In this document: positions 28,454 to 38,084 of the stretch, in pieces | Position numbering within the stretch: position 1 is the stretch's first letter | How the letters are laid out: every line of letters starts with the position of its first letter | DNA from: a bacterium | GTDB lineage: Bacteria; Omnitrophota; Gorgyraeia; Zapsychrales; Zapsychraceae | Direction of reading: 5' to 3' | Assembly: GCA_030429765.1 (NCBI GenBank) | Contig: JAUIER010000015.1 | Span: 31,079 to 95,078 of the forward strand | Length of the DNA stretch: 64,000 bases | Notes under the pieces: generated by a model | The model's input: only the letters and a program-made list of their open reading frames with translations | What the model was told of the DNA's origin: nothing | The model's database searches: none | Translations under genes and position numbers: made by a program

Positions 28454-29734
28454 TCATTTAATTTTGTATTTCTCAAATTTCCCGGCCAATCGACTGGGCA
28501 CTGAAGCGCGAATGTTGACCCGATCGTTATAGTATTTTATAGAGTAGACCTCACCCTCCTCATGGGCCAGATTCACCAGGTCCATCCGCTGGATCGGCAC
28601 ATCGAGATTGATTTCAACAAATAGATCCGATAGCAGCTCAACGATCTTGTGCTGAAGATCATCTATCCCCTGACCGGTCAATGCAGAAATGATCACGGCG
28701 TGATCAAAGTTATCCTTAAAACTCTCAACCCAGGCCGCATCCTCGATCCGATCCACCTTGTTCAGCACAATTATGACCGGCTTCTCCAATACCTTGAGTT
28801 CATCCAGGACCACCTGGACCGATTCATATAGCAGTCTGAAATTGGCATGACTGATATCCAACACGTGCAGTAATAAATCCGCGTGCTGAACCTCCTCAAG
28901 TGTCGCCTTAAACGATTCGATCAAGTCATGCGGTAGGTCATGCATGAATCCTACCGTGTCCGACAATACAATCTTCTGATGGTTCGGCAAGACCAGTTGC
29001 CGAGACAAGGAATCCAGCGTCGTGAACATCCCATCACGTGTGGTCTGCCCGGCCTCGGTCAGCATGTTCAACAGTGTTGATTTACCGGCGTTCGTGTATC
29101 CGACCAGCGATACGGTCGGGACACCTTTTTCTTCGCGCTTCTTTCGGGTCAGCTGACGATTACGAACGACCTGCTTGAGACCCGACTTCAACCGGCTGAT
29201 CCGCTGGGCAATGCGACGCCGATCCAGCTCGAGTTTGGTTTCCCCCGGCCCAAGTGTTCCGATCCCACCACCCAGACGGGAAAGTTCAATCCCTTTTCCA
29301 ACGAGCCGCGGTAACAAATACTCCAACTGCGCGAGCTCAACCTGCATTTTACCCTCTTTACTACTGGCATGCCGGGCAAAGATATCCAGGATCAATTGCG
29401 TCCGGTCGATGGTCTTGACCTGAATCTTGTCTTCCAGATTGCGTTGCTGATTGCCTTTGAGCTCATGACTAAAAACAACCGTATCCACTTGATGCAGATC
29501 ACACAGCGCGACAATATCATCGAGCTTGCTGTCGCCAATCAAGTTCTTGGGAGAGGTCTTCGACACGCGGCAGATAAACTCGGCCACCACCTCACCCCCC
29601 GAGGCCTTAACCAGCTCGACCATTTCCTCGAGCAGATCCTGGCTGGTCCACGGCGTGGATTCAGACTTTAAGTCAACCGCCACGGCCAGGACACGCTCCA
29701 CGGCTTCTTCATTTGTAAGGTATTCGTGTTTCAT
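28454..29734 (-). CDS. hflX: GTPase HflX
   Basis: N-terminal HflX domain plus G domain (GYTNAGKSTL, DTVGF, NKVD). Confidence 0.9.
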   Translation of the reverse strand: MKHEYLTNEEAVERVLAVAVDLKSESTPWTSQDLLEEMVELVKASGGEVVAEFICRVSKTSPKNLIGDSKLDDIVALCDLHQVDTVVFSHELKGNQQRNLEDKIQVKTIDRTQLILDIFARHASSKEGKMQVELAQLEYLLPRLVGKGIELSRLGGGIGTLGPGETKLELDRRRIAQRISRLKSGLKQVVRNRQLTRKKREEKGVPTVSLVGYTNAGKSTLLNMLTEAGQTTRDGMFTTLDSLSRQLVLPNHQKIVLSDTVGFMHDLPHDLIESFKATLEEVQHADLLLHVLDISHANFRLLYESVQVVLDELKVLEKPVIIVLNKVDRIEDAAWVESFKDNFDHAVIISALTGQGIDDLQHKIVELLSDLFVEINLDVPIQRMDLVNLAHEEGEVYSIKYYNDRVNIRASVPSRLAGKFEKYKIK

Positions 29735-30654
29735 AAATTTATCTTCCTCAATATTTCATCGGTCATCAACGTCAATGAATGATAGTCTTCACGATTCAGC
29801 CATGTGAGTCGACGTTCCGCGTTAAACCAGGTGAATTGACGTTTAGCGAAATGCCGGGTATTGAGCTGCATGAGATAAATTGCACGCTCAAGATCGTGCT
29901 CCCCATTTAGGTGACCAAGCATCTCACGTAAACCAATGATCCCTGACGCACTGGAACTAATCTTGAGATCCCGAACGGCCCGAATCTCCTCAAGCGCTCC
30001 CGCCTCGACCATTTCAACGACCCGGGCATTAATCCGTTCATAGAGCCGATCGCGTGAACAATGAACTCCAAACACCCGAACATCATACTCATCGCAAAGA
30101 CCGCGGCATTCCTTTTTTAATTCAGACATCGGACGACCTTCCTGATGATATACCTCCAACGCCCGAATGATCTTTTTGATATCATTGGGATGAATCGCCT
30201 CGGCTGACACAGCATCCACCTCGGCGAGCCGTCGATGCAGATGATCTGCGCCGAATTGTTCCTGCTCTTTTCTCAAATTTTCTCGATACTCGATATCGGG
30301 ATCTCCACTCTCAAATAACCCATCGAGCAGCACCTTGACATACAAGCCTGTTCCTCCGACGACAATCGGGACTTGATCTTGTTTCAAGATGGCGCGGATC
30401 GCCGCATTCGCCAAATCATTATATTGTGACACATTAAAAGAATCCGTCACAGAAACCTCATCGATCACATGATGCGGAATTCGCTGCTGAATCGCGATGG
30501 ACGGTTTGTTGGTGACAATATTCAATTCCTTATAAACTTGAGCGGAGTCACAAGACACGATCTGAGCGGGAACACGGCCCGCTAAATCGTAAGCCAGATC
30601 TGATTTCCCCACTGCGGTGGGGCCAACGATTAATATAATTTTCTGTAACGGCAT
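29731..30654 (-). CDS. miaA: tRNA dimethylallyltransferase
   Basis: P-loop GPTAVGKS with overall MiaA similarity. Confidence 0.9.
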   Translation of the reverse strand: MPLQKIILIVGPTAVGKSDLAYDLAGRVPAQIVSCDSAQVYKELNIVTNKPSIAIQQRIPHHVIDEVSVTDSFNVSQYNDLANAAIRAILKQDQVPIVVGGTGLYVKVLLDGLFESGDPDIEYRENLRKEQEQFGADHLHRRLAEVDAVSAEAIHPNDIKKIIRALEVYHQEGRPMSELKKECRGLCDEYDVRVFGVHCSRDRLYERINARVVEMVEAGALEEIRAVRDLKISSSASGIIGLREMLGHLNGEHDLERAIYLMQLNTRHFAKRQFTWFNAERRLTWLNREDYHSLTLMTDEILRKINL

Positions 30655-30683
30655 GCGCTAGATCTGTACAATCCCCAGATCGA

Positions 30684-31445
30684 TTAAGGATAGATTCGGG
30701 TGGGATATCCTAACTTGGATAATTTTGATTTTAGCCGTTCGGCTTTTCTCAACAAGCCCATTTGACCGACACGCACGCGATAAAACCGCGTATTGTCCCG
30801 GTCCATGGTCTCCACAATATACGCGTACTCACCGCGTTGCTGCAGGGCCTGCATCACCTGCTCGGCCCGGTCACGTTCGACAAACGCGCCGACCTGCACC
30901 GCAAAATACTGCTTTTCTTCTAGTAACTGCTTGGCGGTATGATACTCAAAACTATTTGGAAAACGATCAACAATCTCGTTCAGATAATATTTCGCCAATT
31001 TCCAGTTGGATAGCTTAATATTGACCCGCCCGGCCTTCAAATAGATCAAGCTGGAATAATGTGATCGAGGACTTTCGTTAATCAGTTCTTTAATGGTCTT
31101 CCAGGCCTTTCGATACCGTTCCTGGTGGTAATAGGCATCGAACAATCCAATGTAGGCCTTATCACGCAGATCGACCTCCGGTTCGGATTTAATAATGCGC
31201 TGAAACCGCTTGATAGCCGGTGAGATTTCGCCCAGGCGAAATTCGCTCATACCCAAGAAATACTCAACCTCAAGCCGCTCGGGTTCGGTCAACTCACCGG
31301 ATGACAGCATGGACTCACCGATCTGCTGCGTCTGTGTGTAATCCTTCCGCATGAAGGACGCCTCCAGATCCACAATTGACGCATGCGCCTGAACGGCAAT
31401 GCTACCGACCAAGATTGCGACTATTAACAGCCATTTTGTTCTCAT
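30684..31445 (-). CDS. Secreted TPR-like + SPOR domain protein
   Basis: Signal peptide, TPR-like helical repeats, and a C-terminal SPOR domain (YFAVQVGAFVERDRAEQ...YRVRVGQ). Confidence 0.6.
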   Translation of the reverse strand: MRTKWLLIVAILVGSIAVQAHASIVDLEASFMRKDYTQTQQIGESMLSSGELTEPERLEVEYFLGMSEFRLGEISPAIKRFQRIIKSEPEVDLRDKAYIGLFDAYYHQERYRKAWKTIKELINESPRSHYSSLIYLKAGRVNIKLSNWKLAKYYLNEIVDRFPNSFEYHTAKQLLEEKQYFAVQVGAFVERDRAEQVMQALQQRGEYAYIVETMDRDNTRFYRVRVGQMGLLRKAERLKSKLSKLGYPTRIYP

Positions 31446-31513
31446 GCTGATATCCTATCAAAAATATTTTTTGATTACCACTAAAAAGATCGGCCGGACA
31501 GGCATTTTTCCAC

Positions 31514-31543
31514 AAAAAAAGCCCCAGCCGGTATGGCTGGGGC
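31514..31543 (-). terminator. Rho-independent terminator (9-bp GC stem GCCCCAGCC/GGCTGGGGC, 5-nt loop, then T7 on the minus strand)
   Basis: Read directly from the sequence. It sits 17 nt downstream of the K-rich gene stop. Confidence 0.65.
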
Positions 31544-31559
31544 CTGAAACTTCTCGCAT

Positions 31560-32432
31560 CTATTTCCCGGAATCCGGACGGTTGAACATCTTTTTGTCCT
31601 GCCGCGTGCCCAGGGTCTTTTTCCGATTGAGCTTCTTACGAAATTTGCTTTCGCTGGTCCGCTCCGGAAAATCACCAAAGGATGAAGACTCATTATCTTT
31701 CTGGTAAAGTCCTTTGATCTTTTTTGATCCGAATGGCTTTTCCTTGAAACCTTCACTGTAAAACCCGTCATCCTTATTGTCAATCGGCATACCATTCTCA
31801 TCCTGTTCAATGTACTTGGTTCCAAAACGTTTTTTCTTTTTGGTCCGGTTGTAGTCCTTAATCGTATTCCGTTTATCCCGGGCCCGGCTGGTCGCGACTT
31901 TACGGTCGATCACCGGCCGCCGTTTCTTGAGCTTTCCTTCATATTCACGGGCCTCTTTGAGCTTCTCTCTGATGGATGACTTGGTCTTTTGAGCTTCGGT
32001 CTTGGATGCTTCTTCCTTCACTGTGACCGGCACCGCTTTTTCCACCGGCTTGGACCGCTCAGCAGGACCGGCATCCTTGACGGTCACCGGACGTGTATCT
32101 ACGGCCGACGTCGGCCGAAACACCTCGGGCTTGGACATCACATCGACTTCCTTACGATCTGGAATTTGGTAGCCAAACTTACGCAGCTTCTGACGATCCG
32201 CCTCCTGCTGCCGTTCAAATCGAATCGGCTCAATTCGCGTTTCAAAAATATCCGAATAGTCCTGCTTGGTCTCCTTACGAATATCCCGCATCATCTCAAA
32301 TTCTTCATAAGACAATTCTTCATGCAGATACTTTTCAACTTCGGCTTTGGTTTGCGCATGAGCCGGCTGCACGCTGAAAACAACGCCTGCCAAAATTGTA
32401 TATAGTAGAAGCTGAGGTCTTTTGATCATCAT
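31560..32432 (-). CDS. Secreted lysine/arginine-rich low-complexity protein
   Basis: I prefer the start MMIKRPQLLLYTILAGVVFS (a signal peptide) at 32432, just after the DUF3106 stop. The product is highly basic with a disordered-looking K-rich C-terminus. Confidence 0.45.
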   Translation of the reverse strand: MMIKRPQLLLYTILAGVVFSVQPAHAQTKAEVEKYLHEELSYEEFEMMRDIRKETKQDYSDIFETRIEPIRFERQQEADRQKLRKFGYQIPDRKEVDVMSKPEVFRPTSAVDTRPVTVKDAGPAERSKPVEKAVPVTVKEEASKTEAQKTKSSIREKLKEAREYEGKLKKRRPVIDRKVATSRARDKRNTIKDYNRTKKKKRFGTKYIEQDENGMPIDNKDDGFYSEGFKEKPFGSKKIKGLYQKDNESSSFGDFPERTSESKFRKKLNRKKTLGTRQDKKMFNRPDSGK

Positions 32433-32436
32433 AGAG

Positions 32437-32976
32437 CTACTCCCGATTGTTGTTTTGCCATCTCTTTTTTCTGAACTGCTGTCGAAATCTTCGCCTTTCA
32501 TCCTGACTCATATTGCGCCATTTATTACGGCGCTTGCGCCAGTTTTCCTGCTGTTCCGGTGACAAATCCCGAAACTTTTTGCGGCGCTCAAGAATACGTT
32601 GTTTGTGTTCCGGATCAAGATTCTGCCAGCGCTTTAATTTTTTTCGCAACTCCGCCTTTTGCTCACGTGGAAGTTGTTTGTACCGACGCCAATTCTTCCG
32701 GATCTTGGCCTTATCATCGGCGGGCAACTGCATAAACGCCTCGTAACGTGATTTCAACCGCTCACGCTTGCGTGCGTCCATCCGTTTCCAGCGTTTGAGA
32801 CGTTTTCGATAGCGCTCTTTCTGCTCCGCCGACAAACCGTCCCATTTCTCCCGGGCCTTTTCGAGCCGCTCCGACTGGTTGATTGTATCAGACGCATCTT
32901 GAGCCAGACCGGCTGGAATATAACTCAATCCCAGCAACATAACCAGCAAAAATGTAAACGTGTATTTCTTCATCAT
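32437..32976 (-). CDS. DUF3106-like hyperbasic repeat protein (secreted)
   Basis: Signal peptide, then five or more ~21-aa repeats of the form LS.EQK.RYRK.LKRW.. Confidence 0.55.
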   Translation of the reverse strand: MMKKYTFTFLLVMLLGLSYIPAGLAQDASDTINQSERLEKAREKWDGLSAEQKERYRKRLKRWKRMDARKRERLKSRYEAFMQLPADDKAKIRKNWRRYKQLPREQKAELRKKLKRWQNLDPEHKQRILERRKKFRDLSPEQQENWRKRRNKWRNMSQDERRRFRQQFRKKRWQNNNRE

Positions 32977-32978
32977 AC

Positions 32979-33197
32979 TCACTCCGACCGATCTGAATCT
33001 TCGGCCTCCCATTGCGAATCTTCCTCCAGAATCTCTAGTATTTCAAGAAAATCCAGATTTTCGATAACCTCAATATCTTCTTCGGTCAACTCATCCTCCG
33101 CGCTGTATACCGGTGACGCGTGGATCAGCAAACACAAACACAACACAATGACCGAATTAAGTGGCCCTCGACATTTCCAAGACGTCCAGTTCATCAA
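32979..33197 (-). CDS. Small secreted highly acidic LE-repeat peptide (72 aa)
   Basis: Signal-peptide-like N-terminus, then ..EEDIEVIENLDFLEILEILEED.., which is paralogous to the anti-sigma C-terminal repeat. It overlaps the anti-sigma 3' end by 41 nt. Confidence 0.3.
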   Translation of the reverse strand: MMNWTSWKCRGPLNSVIVLCLCLLIHASPVYSAEDELTEEDIEVIENLDFLEILEILEEDSQWEAEDSDRSE

Positions 33198-33687
33198 TCA
33201 ATTCCATCTCTTCCAGAAATTCGATTTCTTCTATCAGGTCCAAATTTTCAACCAGCTCGATGTGTTCCAGCATCTCCAAATCCTCATCGTCTAGGGCCAC
33301 CAGGGATTCCAATCCCACAGGGGCCGGGCTAAAGAATGGCCTAACTGCAAGAACACCAACTAGAAGTATAACACATGCGCATCCAAATGCGGCCGCCCGC
33401 CTGCTATTATACCCCGATAATCCAAGGGCATCAAAGAGCTTTTGATACCACGGAGTCTCGGCGGCTAGCCGGGTCCAGAAATTCGAGACATAATTGGCCG
33501 GCGGCTCAATGACCTCGACCTCATCAAGCATATCCCACGACGCCTGCAGTTGCTGTGCGTAGCGCTTCAATTCGGGATCCGCGGCGATGGCACGCCTAAC
33601 CTCTTCTTTTTCAGCACCTTCCAGCTCTCCCTCCAAGTAAAGAGGGATCAATTTTCTAATGTCTTTAGCTGACATAAATTCCTCCAT
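33157..33687 (-). CDS. Anti-sigma factor (single TM) with an acidic LE-repeat periplasmic tail
   Basis: Immediately downstream of the ECF sigma. N-terminal anti-sigma-like helix (LIPLYLEGELEGAEKEEV), one TM segment, and a C-terminal LEMLEHIELVENLDLIEEIEFLEEMELIDELDVLE. Confidence 0.55.
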   Translation of the reverse strand: MEEFMSAKDIRKLIPLYLEGELEGAEKEEVRRAIAADPELKRYAQQLQASWDMLDEVEVIEPPANYVSNFWTRLAAETPWYQKLFDALGLSGYNSRRAAAFGCACVILLVGVLAVRPFFSPAPVGLESLVALDDEDLEMLEHIELVENLDLIEEIEFLEEMELIDELDVLEMSRAT

Positions 33688-33735
33688 CTATTTAAACACA
33701 TCTATCACCCGAAAGTTTCGGTCATTTTAGCTCGT

Positions 33736-34329
33736 TTATTCCATCAGCAAATGTTTGAGACGTTCACGTAGATTCTCCTTGGCCCGATTGAGCAGCGACT
33801 TCACGGCCTTGGGACCGATTTTCAGCGCCGCCGCAATCTCATCGTAACTCATCTGCTCGTAACGTCTCAGCAGCACCGCCGCGCGCTGATTGTCCGGCAA
33901 TGACAGAATGGCCTCACGAATCTGCAAACTACGCTCCTTGTCCAACAGGGCTTGAGAAGGATCCACCGCCCGCTGATCCATGTGCTGCCCTGACATGGAT
34001 CCTTCATCACCTTCAACCGAAGCGTCCAATGAATAATCTCGATGATGATGACGCCGCAACTCGTTGAGACTGGCATTCTTGGCAATTGTAAAAAGCCAAG
34101 TCTGCAGCTTGGATTTGACCGTGTACTTGTGCGCCGTCTTGTACACCTTGATAAAAACTTCCTGCGTCAGCTCCTCGGCCAGTTCACGCTGACCGACATA
34201 ACGATAAATAAAGTTCAGGACCCGCGGAAAATACTTGCGCATCAGCGTCTCAAACGCCTGCTTGTCACCGGCCTGAAAGTCCAGCATCAGCTGAACATCC
34301 GGATCCGTCGTATAATCATGATCACTCAT
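33736..34329 (-). CDS. ECF (sigma-E type) RNA polymerase sigma-70 factor
   Basis: Sigma-70 region 2 (..LAEELTQEVFIKVY) and region 4 (MSYDEIAAALKIG). Confidence 0.85.
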   Translation of the reverse strand: MSDHDYTTDPDVQLMLDFQAGDKQAFETLMRKYFPRVLNFIYRYVGQRELAEELTQEVFIKVYKTAHKYTVKSKLQTWLFTIAKNASLNELRRHHHRDYSLDASVEGDEGSMSGQHMDQRAVDPSQALLDKERSLQIREAILSLPDNQRAAVLLRRYEQMSYDEIAAALKIGPKAVKSLLNRAKENLRERLKHLLME

Positions 34330-35341
34330 ACTGTTTCCCGCTGTCGGAACTTAACGGCCCCTGTTTGATTAACTGTTGGATCAGATCCGTCATCACGACG
34401 GCTCCTTGCTGATAAATATGATTTTGATCACGCCAGTACGCCATCTTATAAATATCCGCCAGGTTGGGAATGTACACCGGCCCCCATTGTCGAAGACGGC
34501 GGAACATCTGTCCACTGGGCAGCACTGAGGCATAGTCAGAAATGAATACAAAATTTACGTCCGTACCGTGTTGATCGCTGACCGAAGCGATCCGCTGCAG
34601 ATAAAAGTCGGCAAATGAATCCGGCGGCAAAAGCACCCGACTTTTCCAGATCGGATAAATTGGTTTAAAGTTTTTAAATTTTTCTACAAAATCCGGATTA
34701 GGCAATAATTGCGCATCATTCACATAAAATCCTCCGGTCTGATCATTGGCCGCAATCTCGGCCTGGACTTCACGATGATATTTCAACCGATAAATCACGC
34801 GAGACAACCACATGCGCCCCGCCCGCACGGATAACTCTGTGCCGTATCCGGCCATATGCTTGAGCCGCTGCTTCAAAGGATCGCTATACGTCAGATAATC
34901 CCGCCATGTCAGCCCGTTTAGATGATACCATACCTCCGCCCACATATCGTCGGCGGACATTACGTACCGGGCATACATATGCGGCGTAAACCGCTCCTGT
35001 CCGATCGTCTCGATCATCAAATGCCTGACATCATGCCGTTCCAGCAGCGCCCGGATGATCACATAGTCCATATCACGGCCGGTCCAATGCCGTCCAAAAT
35101 TCCACACCCGCTTGAGATTCAATCCCTCTTCCAATTGCCGCGAGCGCACCGCGCACCAGGTCCGGGAACTGCCGACAAACACATAGTCGATGGTCTGACG
35201 CGGCTCATCATAAATCTTGGACTGTATCCACTGCCACTTGGCGTCATTCATATCCATTCGTCCTAGCCCGAACAAATATACGCAGACGGTGGATATCAAT
35301 CCCAACCCCAAAACTCCCCATAAAACTTTAAGTGTTTTCAT
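34322..35341 (-). CDS. MBOAT-partner periplasmic protein (AlgX/AlgJ/DltD-like candidate)
   Basis: I prefer the start MKTLKVLWGVLGLGLIS, which is 2 nt after the MBOAT stop. The product has an N-terminal signal anchor and a VFVGSSRT motif. It is co-operonic with the MBOAT. Confidence 0.45.
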   Translation of the reverse strand: MKTLKVLWGVLGLGLISTVCVYLFGLGRMDMNDAKWQWIQSKIYDEPRQTIDYVFVGSSRTWCAVRSRQLEEGLNLKRVWNFGRHWTGRDMDYVIIRALLERHDVRHLMIETIGQERFTPHMYARYVMSADDMWAEVWYHLNGLTWRDYLTYSDPLKQRLKHMAGYGTELSVRAGRMWLSRVIYRLKYHREVQAEIAANDQTGGFYVNDAQLLPNPDFVEKFKNFKPIYPIWKSRVLLPPDSFADFYLQRIASVSDQHGTDVNFVFISDYASVLPSGQMFRRLRQWGPVYIPNLADIYKMAYWRDQNHIYQQGAVVMTDLIQQLIKQGPLSSDSGKQYE

Positions 35342-35343
35342 CG

Positions 35344-36759
35344 TTAAAATTGAAAATAGATAAAAGCCTGTCGGGCCACTCCACTTTGAAACCAGATGGA
35401 AAACGCGACAAGCGTCAGATAAACCAGAACCGACTGAATCCACCACGGCCACGCCGTGAACGCCTCGGACCAGTCCTTAATCATTTTTTCGCACCAACCA
35501 TGCACGATCACACCCGCGATCAACGTGCCGCTGATGACCAACGGATCAAGCCCCTGAAATCCTCCAAAGGACGAAAACATATGATGCAAATACATAAACG
35601 CGGAACGGATATCCGGACTTCGAAAGAAGATCCAGGCCAGACACGTCAGATGAAAGAATATTCCGATGGATATCCATGTTGAAAATCCCCGGGCCCGCGG
35701 TTGATGACTGTCCACACCGGCCATGCGGTACAGTATCAAATACAATCCATGCAACCCGCCCCAAAAGATGAACATCCAGTTGGCCCCGTGCCACAGACCT
35801 CCCAGCAGCATAACGATCATCAAATTGGCCATATGACGCAACGGTGCGACGCGGTTTCCGCCTAGCGGGATATATAAATAATCCCTCAACCATGATGAAA
35901 GCGTGATATGCCACCGTCGCCAGAACTCCGACGGACTGGCCGACAAATAAGGCCTCAAAAAATTGACCGGAATCGTCAATCCGAAGATCAGTCCCAATCC
36001 GATGGCGATATCCGAATAGGCCGAGAAATCAAAAAAGATCTGAAAGGCATATCCATATACTGCCAGCAGCAATTCCAGCGACGTATATCCGGCTGGCTGG
36101 GCGAACACCGGATCCACCAGTCGAGCGCCCAGCGGATCAGCCAGCCAGATCTTTTTGGCCAAGCCGTACATCACAAAGAAAATCCCCCGGGAACTGCTAT
36201 TGGCAAATAGATCCTGACGCAGTTGTGGTAGAAATTCACGGGCCCTAACGATCGGTCCGGCCACCAATTGCGGAAAGGCCGAAACGTAAAATAAAAACCG
36301 AATCAGCGAGCGCTCGGGTTCAATGCGTCGACTGTAAATATCGAGCGAATAGCTCAGACTTTGAAAGGTATAGAATGATATGCCGACCGGCAGAACAATA
36401 TCGAGCGCCGCCCATTCGGGCTGCATTCCCATAGCCGTCAACAAGTCGATCAGACTTTGCTGAAAAAAACCGGCGTACTTAAAATACCCGAGCAGCCCCA
36501 GATTTCCGATCAGGCTTAAGCTCAAGTAGAATTTTCGATGAGCCGTCGTATCAGCGGCGGCAATGCGATGTCCGGCCCAATAGTCGAGTCCTGAGGAAAA
36601 AACAATCAACCCCAAAAAACGGACGTCCCACCAGCCGTAAAAAACATAGCTGGCCGTCAGAAGAAACAGGATTTGGAGCCGTGAATAATGTCGACAAAGA
36701 TAAAAACCTAAGAAGGTGAGGCATAAAAACGGAGCAAAGATAATTTCCGTAAATAGCAT
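35344..36759 (-). CDS. MBOAT family O-acyltransferase (AlgI/DltB-like)
   Basis: 471 aa polytopic membrane protein with the conserved MBOAT His (..RWHITLSSWLRDYLYIPLGGN..). Confidence 0.85.
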   Translation of the reverse strand: MLFTEIIFAPFLCLTFLGFYLCRHYSRLQILFLLTASYVFYGWWDVRFLGLIVFSSGLDYWAGHRIAAADTTAHRKFYLSLSLIGNLGLLGYFKYAGFFQQSLIDLLTAMGMQPEWAALDIVLPVGISFYTFQSLSYSLDIYSRRIEPERSLIRFLFYVSAFPQLVAGPIVRAREFLPQLRQDLFANSSSRGIFFVMYGLAKKIWLADPLGARLVDPVFAQPAGYTSLELLLAVYGYAFQIFFDFSAYSDIAIGLGLIFGLTIPVNFLRPYLSASPSEFWRRWHITLSSWLRDYLYIPLGGNRVAPLRHMANLMIVMLLGGLWHGANWMFIFWGGLHGLYLILYRMAGVDSHQPRARGFSTWISIGIFFHLTCLAWIFFRSPDIRSAFMYLHHMFSSFGGFQGLDPLVISGTLIAGVIVHGWCEKMIKDWSEAFTAWPWWIQSVLVYLTLVAFSIWFQSGVARQAFIYFQF

Positions 36760-36805
36760 ATAGTGGATGGTTCAGGCCGACGGAGTTACCCGCCGGCCCG
36801 GTAGA

Positions 36806-37945
36806 TTAAGACTTCAGGGCCTGATCCAAATCGTCGATCAAATCCTGTGTGCCTTCGATGCCCAGCGATACACGGATGGTTTCTTCCGTGATGCCTGATT
36901 TTTTAAGCCCTTCAGGCCCCATTGACGAATGGCTCATCAGCCAGGGATGTTCAATCAGCGATTCAACACCGCCGAGCGATTCGGCCAGACAAAAATACTT
37001 GAGTTTTTGAAACAGCTGGTCCGGTGAGACCTGCGCTGTATCCAATTCAAACGACAGCATGCCACCGAATCCCCGCATCTGCTGCTTGATCAAATCCTGC
37101 TGCGGATGACTGGCCAGCCCCGGATAGTAGACCCGTTTAACATTCGGATGTTTCTCCAGAAATTCCGCCACAGCCAACGCATTTTGCTGATGCGCCTCCA
37201 TTCGCGGGCCCAATGTCTTTACGCCCCGCAATACCAGCCATGCATCAAATGGTGCTTCAGAGATTCCCAACGCGTTCACCAAAAACCGACCGCGTTCTTC
37301 AACCTCCTTGTTAGCATACATGACCGCCCCGCCGACAACGTCACTATGCCCGTTCAAATATTTGGTTGTTGAGTGAATGATCATGTCCGCTCCGAATTCA
37401 AACGGGCGCTGAAAATAAGGCGAGAGAAATGTGTTGTCGACGACCGAAAGACATTTATTGTCCTTGGCAATCTCAATGACCGATTTGAGATCCACAATGT
37501 TCAGAAGCGGATTGGATGGCGTCTCGATCCAGATCATCCGCGTCCGCTCATTCACTGCTGATTTGACCGCCTCGAGGTCCCGCATATTAATGAATGAAAC
37601 CTCAACGCCCATATTCGGCAGCACCTGGCTGAACAATCGATACGTCCCGCCGTAAATGTCGTCTCCGGCGATCAGGTGATCCCCGTTTTTAAGGAAGAAT
37701 AACACAGCCGTCACCGCGGCCATACCGGTACACGTGGCCGAGGCGCCGACACCGCCTTCCAGATCGGCCAAATTTTCTTCCAACGCGGTCCGTGTTGGAT
37801 TGCCCGATCGCGTATAGTCATACCCCTTGTTTTTGCCAAGGGCGTCAAAATAAAATGTTGATGAAGGATAAATCGGTGTGGTCACCGAATTATAGCTTTT
37901 GTCTTTGTAAACGCCTGTGTGAACGGCTTTGGTTCGAATATCCAT
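36806..37945 (-). CDS. Cys/Met-metabolism PLP-dependent enzyme (cystathionine gamma-synthase / beta-lyase family)
   Basis: 379 aa with the PLP-lysine region ..IHSTTKYLNGHSDVVGG... Confidence 0.8.
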   Translation of the reverse strand: MDIRTKAVHTGVYKDKSYNSVTTPIYPSSTFYFDALGKNKGYDYTRSGNPTRTALEENLADLEGGVGASATCTGMAAVTAVLFFLKNGDHLIAGDDIYGGTYRLFSQVLPNMGVEVSFINMRDLEAVKSAVNERTRMIWIETPSNPLLNIVDLKSVIEIAKDNKCLSVVDNTFLSPYFQRPFEFGADMIIHSTTKYLNGHSDVVGGAVMYANKEVEERGRFLVNALGISEAPFDAWLVLRGVKTLGPRMEAHQQNALAVAEFLEKHPNVKRVYYPGLASHPQQDLIKQQMRGFGGMLSFELDTAQVSPDQLFQKLKYFCLAESLGGVESLIEHPWLMSHSSMGPEGLKKSGITEETIRVSLGIEGTQDLIDDLDQALKS

Positions 37946-38030
37946 GAGAATCTCCCGAAAATGAAATCTTGTCTGGCTTGATAGAATCTATGTTTGTCAG
38001 GTCCAATGATATGGCTAAACCCGACCACGT

Positions 38031-38059
38031 ATTATCATGAAAAACACGGGATTTGTCAA
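38031..38059 (-). promoter_or_regulatory. Candidate sigma-70 promoter (TTGACA-17-GATAAT) for the metB-like gene
   Basis: The -35 is at 38054-38059 and the -10 at 38031-38036 (as reverse complements), ~85 nt upstream of the ATG. Confidence 0.45.
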
Positions 38060-38084
38060 AAAAATCTGCGTGGATGAAGATTCG

